From the NCBI GenBank assembly GCA_035084275.1, contig CM068743.1, positions 40,672,001 through 40,736,000 on the forward strand: 64,000 nucleotides of DNA, read 5' to 3'. This document shows, one piece after another, positions 61,401 to 64,000 of the stretch. This DNA comes from Hydrolagus colliei. Lineage: Eukaryota. The notes below the pieces were generated by a model, which was not told the DNA's origin, did no database searches, and worked only from the letters and a program-made list of their open reading frames with translations. The translations under genes were made by a program, and so were the position numbers. How positions within the stretch are numbered: position 1 is the stretch's first letter; every line of letters starts with the position of its first letter.

Positions 61401-63690
61401 TCACAGTTAAGATCTCTATCTCAGTGCAGCAAATCCTGATTCAACACTATAAACTCATTCAGAAACAATAAAGTAGATAGAATTGAGGCTGCAAGTAGGA
61501 GTATAAATTGTATGGCAGTAATTCCTTACAGCGATTTGAATGCATTGAATTCAGAATCGGATAGAAATCTTTGCCATCACCAATTGAATTACTGTCTCCC
61601 CCAGCCCTGCCTGTGCTTTTCAAACGAGAACTTCTGAACGTAGAGGCTGAAGAGGATGGTATGGCCACCCTGAGCTGTGAGGTCAACAAACCCGACGTCC
61701 CAGTGAAGTGGAGGAGGGGATCTGTGGGGCTTCACTCCAGTGACAAGTATAAAATGAAGCAGAAAGTTTGCAGCGTTGAGTTAGTTATTCACAAGCTGAA
61801 GATGGAAGATGCTGGAGATTACACCTGTGACACTGGAGACCAGCAGAGCTCGGCTACATTGAAAGTCAAGGGTAGGACGTTCATCATTATTCCCCCAAAA
61901 CTAAATCATTCTTGATCCTCAACATTAATAAATGTTTTACAAAGTTCATCACCTTCTAACCTCAAACACAATCACTCAACTGTTTCCTTTCTTACTCGAA
62001 GGTTACACTGGGCTTCAGAAACATGACTGGGTGTGAAAGGGCTTTCAAATTCTAACACAGATATTAGATTGGTTTGAACATTTGTGAGGCTGGTACTGGT
62101 TTGGCATGGAGGGTGCAATAGAAATCCAAGTTGTTGTTATTGTTGTTGTTGGTACTATAATAATCGTGCATTCGATATAGCGGCTTAACACGTCTTCAAG
62201 ACGTCTCACAACACTTTGTAGAATGTTCTCTTGATGTCTTTTATCATGCAGCACTGAGCTAGGGCTTCATTCAAACTGAATTTTGACTAGTTAGCTATTG
62301 TGAGATGAAACTATCTTTGGGCTTCAGTTAAATTATCCTCCTCACTCCTGCACACCTTATATAGTGACTTGCAGGCCATCAGCTAATTGTTGAATGGCAC
62401 TGATTCAGCAGTTTTGGACGAGAGCAAACGTCATAATGAAGGTTAGAGTATTATTAATAACAATAATCCTTGCATTTGATACAGCGTATTTCACATCTTC
62501 TATACATCTCAAAGTGCCTCACAGAATATCCTGTAAAGTGAATTGACTGTATATTTGTGGACGAAACGTGACTGCCAATTGCCCACAGCAGTGTTGGATT
62601 CATAGCTCAATCCTAAAAATAATTAAATGGTGATCAGGTATTGTAAATGTACAATAGACGTAAAAGCAAGTTCTGGTTATAATAGTATAAGTAGGTTCTA
62701 GTTAGAACAGTGGGTTTTTGATCTATCGACACAGATTCAGTGATATAATAGGCTAGTTATATGGACTGTGACATCGTATGCTTTCGGCCACAGTATTGAT
62801 GCCTATTTTAGCAGGAGTTTACGAGGATACAAAGTGGACATTATATCTATCACTATACTCCATGTGGTTTCCATCGAGTTGGATTGGATGAATCGTATAT
62901 GCATTTGAATCAATTAGGTTTGGCTAATTTGTAAAATTTACCGTCAGAAATAAAGTTAGTGTCTCCCTCAGCGCTACCTGTGCTTTTCAAACGAGAGCTT
63001 CTGAACGTAGAGGCCGAAAAGGATGGTACAGCCACCCTAAGCTGTGAGGTTAGCAAACCTGACGTCCCAGTGACGTGGAGGAGGGGATCTGTAGAGCTTC
63101 ACTCCAGCGACAAGTATAAAATGAAGCAGAAAGGTTCCAGCGTTGAGTTAGTTATCCACAAGCTGAAGATGGAAGATGCTGGAGATTACACCTGCAGCAC
63201 TGGGGACCAGCAGAGCTCGGCTACATTGAAAGTCAAGGGTAGGAAGACAAATCTTACTCATTATAATTCCAATGTTGTTTATTTTCACTACAAAGTTTCT
63301 CATGGAAATCTTCATCGTCATCACACATGGCGTTTATTCTCCCTTACCTGTTCATGGACTGTCAGAAATCTCTTTAATATTAGGAAAGTGTATCATCATG
63401 AATAAAATTACTGTCTCCCTCAGCTCTACCTGTGCTTTTCAAACGAGAACTTCAGAACATAGAGGCTGAAGAGGATGGTACGGCCACCCTGAACTGTGAG
63501 GTTACTAAACCAGGCGTCCCAGTGACGTGGAGGAGGGGATCTGTGGGGCTTCACTCCAGCGACAAGTATAAAATGAAGCAGAAAGGTTGCAACGTTGAGT
63601 TAGTTATAGAGAAGCTGAAGCTGGAAGATGCTGGAGACTACACTTGCGATACAGGAGATCAGCAAAGCACTGCATCCTTGAAAGTGAAGG
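1188..63690 (+). CDS. OBSCN: Obscurin, internal multi-exon portion (43 exons, 40 Ig + 1 FnIII), 5' and 3' incomplete
   Basis: Contiguous phase-compatible GT-AG exons encoding I-set Ig domains. The order Ig-Ig-FnIII-Ig..., the FnIII start ([15 protein letters not shown]) and the two repeat classes (EPEPVFAK...ATLSCEVSQ; ALPVLFK...ATL.CEV.K) match my recollection of vertebrate obscurin rather than titin or OBSL1. Confidence 0.92.
1702..1962 (+). CDS. OBSCN: OBSCN exon w2, Ig domain
   Basis: tgcag|gt..acca|gtgagt; 261 nt; [10 protein letters not shown]...[10 protein letters not shown]. Confidence 0.93.
3797..4099 (+). CDS. OBSCN: OBSCN exon w3, fibronectin type III domain
   Basis: tctag|ct..atcg|gtacgt; 303 nt; SVTLAWSLP...GYIIEKK...YQFRISSIN. 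Confidence 0.93.
4746..5097 (+). mobile_element. tRNA-derived SINE, full length (representative of dozens of copies)
   Basis: A box tagctcagtggttagagc, B box gggttcaattcc, body ctgctgtgcgcaa..gctg..tttc.ccaca, tail gtgaagcgctttgagac..tatcaaat..ggattattatt. The body resembles DeuSINE/AmnSINE-type 3' regions as I recall them. Confidence 0.85.
5225..5491 (+). CDS. OBSCN: OBSCN exon w4, Ig domain
   Basis: accag|aa..aaag|gtgag; 267 nt; [13 protein letters not shown]. Confidence 0.93.
5600..5826 (+). mobile_element. CR1-type LINE 3' end
   Basis: tcaaagagccggcacagactcgatggaccaaatggcctcc...gattctatgattct terminal motif; related copies near 16800-16990(-), 18900-19010(-), 36410-36605(+). Confidence 0.7.
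5870..6105. repeat. Unclassified dispersed repeat, second copy near 47400-47640
   Basis: Shared ordered blocks ggtcagctg, tagagggatgcat, ccagagtg.gtgttggg.taactgctgga in both places. Confidence 0.5.
6603..6884 (+). CDS. OBSCN: OBSCN exon w5, Ig domain
   Basis: tacag|ct..aagg|gtgtgt; 282 nt; [11 protein letters not shown]...DEGIYEC. Confidence 0.9.
7681..7950 (+). CDS. OBSCN: OBSCN exon w6, Ig domain (weak AAG acceptor)
   Basis: ccaaag|ag..actg|gtaag; 270 nt; ESRFVNKEK...DEGTYTC; an in-frame TGA at 7671 limits the acceptor to this AG. Confidence 0.82.
9466..10128. mobile_element. Head-to-head pair of tRNA SINEs (9466-9762 minus; 9841-10128 plus)
   Basis: A/B boxes and ATT tails in opposite orientations. 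Confidence 0.8.
10565..10940 (-). mobile_element. tRNA-derived SINE, full length
   Basis: Reverse complement of tail (atccttgc.tttgatatag) and head (gaattgaacccag..accact..actacagga). Confidence 0.8.
13855..14510 (-). mobile_element. L2 LINE fragment, degenerate reverse transcriptase C-terminus plus 3' tail
   Basis: Minus-strand peptides GPLLFNL...[11 protein letters not shown] and [14 protein letters not shown] with frameshifts, followed by an L2 tail. Confidence 0.85.
14690..15055 (+). mobile_element. tRNA-derived SINE ending about 60 nt upstream of exon w7
   Basis: Head ggagtcctg..gtggttagc, conserved body, ggattatt tail. Confidence 0.8.
15116..15391 (+). CDS. OBSCN: OBSCN exon w7, Ig domain
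   Basis: tgcag|at..aaag|gtaat; 276 nt; [10 protein letters not shown]...DQGNYTC. Confidence 0.93.
16369..16438. repeat. (TA)n microsatellite, interrupted
   Basis: tatatatatatatataatatatataatat run. Confidence 0.95.
18154..18429 (+). CDS. OBSCN: OBSCN exon w8, Ig domain
   Basis: tgcag|aa..aaag|gtaag; 276 nt; [10 protein letters not shown]...DSGCYTF. Confidence 0.92.
19125..19400 (+). CDS. OBSCN: OBSCN exon w9, Ig domain (array 1)
   Basis: ttcag|ag..acag|gtaag; 276 nt; [11 protein letters not shown]...DAGDYVC. Confidence 0.93.
19477..20189. mobile_element. Non-autonomous DNA transposon with 14-bp TIRs and internal (CT)-rich tract
   Basis: TIRs cagagctgccaacc / catagcggccaacc (12/14); agtaac directly repeated on both flanks. 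Confidence 0.7.
21201..21476 (+). CDS. OBSCN: OBSCN exon w10, Ig domain (array 1)
   Basis: ttcag|aa..acaa|gtaagt; 276 nt; [11 protein letters not shown]. Confidence 0.92.
21483..21600 (+). mobile_element. 5'-truncated L2 3' tail inserted at the donor of exon w10
   Basis: gacatgaaaggcgctctataaatg..tgttgtt tail flanked by gtaagt at 21477 and 21601. Confidence 0.75.
22080..22470 (+). mobile_element. L2 LINE 3' fragment
   Basis: ctcctaaccccatacc..ccttcagctactctgccccc..ctcaagact..cttcga..gtgaaaggtgctatacaa tail. Confidence 0.75.
22862..23797. mobile_element. Tc1/mariner (Tigger-like) non-autonomous element with internal G-rich minisatellite
   Basis: 23-bp TIRs caggtatccctccccaaccgtgg vs caggtatcctgccccaaccacgg (19/23), TA on both sides; repeats of gacacggagggctg.ggg at about 23100-23310. 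Confidence 0.85.
23900..24175 (+). CDS. OBSCN: OBSCN exon w11, Ig domain (array 1)
   Basis: ttcag|ag..acag|gtaag; 276 nt; [10 protein letters not shown]. Confidence 0.92.
24746..25021 (+). CDS. OBSCN: OBSCN exon w12, Ig domain (array 1)
   Basis: tgcag|ag..acag|gtaag; 276 nt; [11 protein letters not shown]. Confidence 0.92.
25302..26161. mobile_element. Non-autonomous hAT-like element, copy A
   Basis: 16-bp TIRs tagggtctggcgatat / tagggtctgtcgatat; perfect 8-bp TSD ctatcctg (25294-25301, 26162-26169); internal (ggggggagagacgg)n. Confidence 0.9.
26585..26860 (+). CDS. OBSCN: OBSCN exon w13, Ig domain (array 1)
   Basis: cgcag|ag..gcag|gttag; 276 nt; [11 protein letters not shown]. Confidence 0.92.
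27668..27937 (+). CDS. OBSCN: OBSCN exon w14, Ig domain (array 1)
   Basis: tccag|aa..acag|gttag; 270 nt; ESMFANNDS. Confidence 0.92.
28301..28805. mobile_element. Non-autonomous hAT-like element, copy B, one end missing
   Basis: Left TIR tagggtccggcgatat and the same subterminal body as copy A; sequence stops inside the minisatellite. Confidence 0.85.
28966..29232 (+). CDS. OBSCN: OBSCN exon w15, Ig domain
   Basis: tgcag|ag..aagg|gtaat; 267 nt; [10 protein letters not shown]. Confidence 0.93.
29290..30055 (+). mobile_element. L2 LINE fragment, ORF2 C-terminus plus 3' tail
   Basis: [34 protein letters not shown] peptides; tail ggacgctatataaat..gttgtt. Confidence 0.85.
30371..30640 (+). CDS. 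OBSCN: OBSCN exon w16, Ig domain
   Basis: gagcag|ct..cgag|gtgag; 270 nt; [11 protein letters not shown]; a tandem GAGCAG acceptor makes the start uncertain by 3 nt. Confidence 0.87.
31461..31727 (+). CDS. OBSCN: OBSCN exon w17, Ig domain
   Basis: aacag|aa..gaaa|gtaagt; 267 nt; [10 protein letters not shown]. Confidence 0.93.
32143..32409 (+). CDS. OBSCN: OBSCN exon w18, Ig domain
   Basis: ttaag|tg..acag|gtaaa; 267 nt; [13 protein letters not shown]. Confidence 0.88.
32876..32988 (+). CDS. OBSCN: OBSCN exon w19, N-terminal half of a split Ig domain
   Basis: aacag|ag..ttaag|gtaaa; 113 nt, ends phase 0; ELPVNFTK...DVKWFK. Confidence 0.9.
33588..33741 (+). CDS. OBSCN: OBSCN exon w20, C-terminal half of a split Ig domain
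   Basis: tgcag|gat..cacg|gtatg; 154 nt; DDVEIKPGK...QGHFTC; 113+154=267. Confidence 0.9.
33900..35412. mobile_element. Non-autonomous hAT-like element, copy C (inverted relative to A and B)
   Basis: TIRs tagggtccgtcgatat / tagcgtccggcgatat; perfect 8-bp TSD ctaaatag (33892-33899, 35413-35420); long (cccccagccgtctctct)n core. Confidence 0.9.
34527..34658. other. Assembly gap, 132 N, inside the minisatellite
   Basis: Run of n in the sequence. Confidence 0.99.
36059..36220 (+). CDS. OBSCN: OBSCN exon w21, N-terminal part of a split Ig domain
   Basis: gtcag|ct..gaag|gtaaa; 162 nt; [12 protein letters not shown]...MRQE. Confidence 0.9.
37266..37370 (+). CDS. OBSCN: OBSCN exon w22, C-terminal part of a split Ig domain (not in ORF track)
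   Basis: tgcag|ga..aaag|gtaag; 105 nt; [35 protein letters not shown]; 162+105=267. Confidence 0.88.
37550..37905 (-). mobile_element. tRNA-derived SINE, full length
   Basis: Reversed tail and head (ggaatcgaacccagg..ctccaaccactgagctacaggac). Confidence 0.8.
37991..38257 (+). CDS. OBSCN: OBSCN exon w23, Ig domain
   Basis: tttag|aa..gaag|gtaaa; 267 nt; [10 protein letters not shown]. Confidence 0.93.
38700..38969 (+). CDS. OBSCN: OBSCN exon w24, Ig domain
   Basis: tgcag|ag..aaag|gtatt; 270 nt; EQAIAIVKQ. Confidence 0.92.
40221..40487 (+). CDS. OBSCN: OBSCN exon w25, Ig domain
   Basis: tgcag|ag..gaag|gttag; 267 nt; [10 protein letters not shown]. Confidence 0.93.
41035..41301 (+). CDS. OBSCN: OBSCN exon w26, Ig domain
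   Basis: tacag|cc..caag|gtaaa; 267 nt; [13 protein letters not shown]. Confidence 0.92.
41659..41925 (+). CDS. OBSCN: OBSCN exon w27, Ig domain
   Basis: tgcag|aa..caag|gtaca; 267 nt; [10 protein letters not shown]. Confidence 0.93.
43194..43463 (+). CDS. OBSCN: OBSCN exon w28, Ig domain
   Basis: tacag|cg..aaag|gtaaa; 270 nt; [10 protein letters not shown]. Confidence 0.92.
44101..44367 (+). CDS. OBSCN: OBSCN exon w29, Ig domain
   Basis: ttcag|aa..aatg|gtaaa; 267 nt; [10 protein letters not shown]. Confidence 0.93.
44790..45290 (-). mobile_element. Candidate solo LTR inserted into a SINE
   Basis: About 500 nt foreign block splitting a SINE body; on the minus strand TATAAAA (44961-44967), then AATAAA (44867-44872), ending ..TCAACA. 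Other end and TSD not resolved. Confidence 0.45.
45471..45737 (+). CDS. OBSCN: OBSCN exon w30, Ig domain
   Basis: ttcag|aa..acag|gtttg; 267 nt; [10 protein letters not shown]. Confidence 0.92.
47026..47298 (+). CDS. OBSCN: OBSCN exon w31, Ig domain
   Basis: tacag|gt..aaag|gtaat; 273 nt; [13 protein letters not shown]. Confidence 0.92.
48847..49116 (+). CDS. OBSCN: OBSCN exon w32, Ig domain
   Basis: tttag|aa..actg|gtaag; 270 nt; [10 protein letters not shown]. Confidence 0.93.
51540..52190 (+). mobile_element. L2 LINE fragment, degenerate RT region plus tail
   Basis: [12 protein letters not shown]...SLCLLVL...[11 protein letters not shown] peptide, then L2 3' end. Confidence 0.8.
52297..52563 (+). 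CDS. OBSCN: OBSCN exon w33, Ig domain (array 2, diverged member)
   Basis: accag|cc..aacg|gtagg; 267 nt; [10 protein letters not shown]. Confidence 0.93.
53284..53550 (+). CDS. OBSCN: OBSCN exon w34, Ig domain (array 2)
   Basis: accag|cc..aaaa|gtaag; 267 nt; [10 protein letters not shown]. Confidence 0.93.
54182..54448 (+). CDS. OBSCN: OBSCN exon w35, Ig domain (array 2)
   Basis: ttcag|ct..aaag|gtagg; 267 nt; [10 protein letters not shown]. Confidence 0.93.
54801..55125 (+). mobile_element. tRNA-derived SINE upstream of exon w36
   Basis: gagtcctgtagctcagtggttagagc head, gggttcaattcc B box, attattatt tail. Confidence 0.85.
55234..55500 (+). CDS. OBSCN: OBSCN exon w36, Ig domain (array 2)
   Basis: tttag|ct..aaag|gtact; 267 nt; [10 protein letters not shown]. 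Confidence 0.93.
55590..55968 (-). mobile_element. tRNA-derived SINE downstream of exon w36
   Basis: Reversed tail at 55590-55680 and reversed B box gggaattgaaccc near 55905. Confidence 0.8.
56440..56706 (+). CDS. OBSCN: OBSCN exon w37, Ig domain (array 2, homogenised)
   Basis: cccag|cc..aagg|gtagg; 267 nt; [18 protein letters not shown]. Confidence 0.93.
57463..57588 (+). pseudogene. Relic of a PIF/Harbinger-type transposase catalytic segment
   Basis: Peptide [31 protein letters not shown] fits the DDE_Tnp_4/HARBI1 pattern Q.V.D..G....V....PGS..D..(V/I)L as I recall it. Confidence 0.55.
57926..58192 (+). CDS. OBSCN: OBSCN exon w38, Ig domain (array 2)
   Basis: cccag|cc..aagg|gtagg; 267 nt. 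Confidence 0.92.
59129..59395 (+). CDS. OBSCN: OBSCN exon w39, Ig domain (array 2)
   Basis: cccag|ct..aagg|gtagg; 267 nt. Confidence 0.92.
59681..59947 (+). CDS. OBSCN: OBSCN exon w40, Ig domain (array 2)
   Basis: cccag|cc..aagg|gtagg; 267 nt. Confidence 0.92.
60900..61310 (+). mobile_element. L2 LINE 3' fragment
   Basis: atggatcgatttcaagattctc (RIDFKIL region), ccttcagcc..ccccaatgctttggaac, L2 tail. Confidence 0.7.
61605..61871 (+). CDS. OBSCN: OBSCN exon w41, Ig domain (array 2)
   Basis: cccag|cc..aagg|gtagg; 267 nt. Confidence 0.92.
62972..63238 (+). CDS. OBSCN: OBSCN exon w42, Ig domain (array 2)
   Basis: ctcag|cg..aagg|gtagg; 267 nt. Confidence 0.92.
63424..63690 (+). CDS. OBSCN: OBSCN exon w43, Ig domain (array 2)
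   Basis: ctcag|ct..aagg|gtagg; 267 nt. Confidence 0.92.
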
Positions 63691-64000
63691 GTAGGACAAC
63701 AGTCCTCTATCTTCTATTCAATTCTATACTAATAAAATAATAATGTGTGTCTCTGTCTATCTGTCTGCCTGCCTGCGTCAGTCTCTCTGTATCTGTCTGT
63801 GCTTCAGGAAGTATCTCAATAACTGATGGACATAGAGACCGTATTTGTACCTCATCCGAAAGGTCTTGTGCCTGGGAGAGACAAGGGCCTAATTTTTTGT
63901 GGGGTGGGGGTTTGTTGTCACCTATCGTTCAAGATTTATGATCTAAACTGCATTTCAGTTTTGTGTTTCTTGCTGCAGTTTAGATCATAACCTTCTATTT

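Noticed and set aside
1188-63690. Identification as titin or OBSL1
   Set aside because: A single FnIII after the early Ig domains, no PEVK or Ig-Fn super-repeats, and 40 Ig domains with two obscurin-type repeat arrays exceed OBSL1 and do not fit titin

Overview
This is vertebrate genomic DNA, not prokaryotic; I see no operons, rRNA or CRISPR. The whole window is an internal part of one very large + strand gene, obscurin (OBSCN). I read 43 GT-AG exons by hand (1188-63690, 11,082 coding nt, about 3,694 codons in one open frame). They encode 40 Ig-like domains and 1 FnIII domain. Almost every exon is a 261-303 nt phase-1/phase-1 cassette carrying one domain; two Ig domains are each split over two exons. 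The gene starts before and ends after the window. Two exon arrays are strongly homogenised (EPEPVFAK-type, 19.1-27.9 kb; ALPVLFK-type, 52.3-63.7 kb). The introns are packed with a tRNA-derived SINE with an L2-like tail, L2 and CR1 LINE fragments, and several non-autonomous DNA transposons; I infer a cartilaginous fish from this repeat make-up, not proven. I found no wholly new gene system. The most interesting signals are: exon-restricted concerted evolution; a three-exon higher-order repeat; a stranded acceptor that leads to an in-frame stop; two candidate alternative terminal exons that would give Ig/FnIII-only short obscurins; a LINE tail inserted on a splice donor; and hAT and Tigger-like MITEs carrying expanding G-rich minisatellites. 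Exon numbers (w1-w43) count within this window only.
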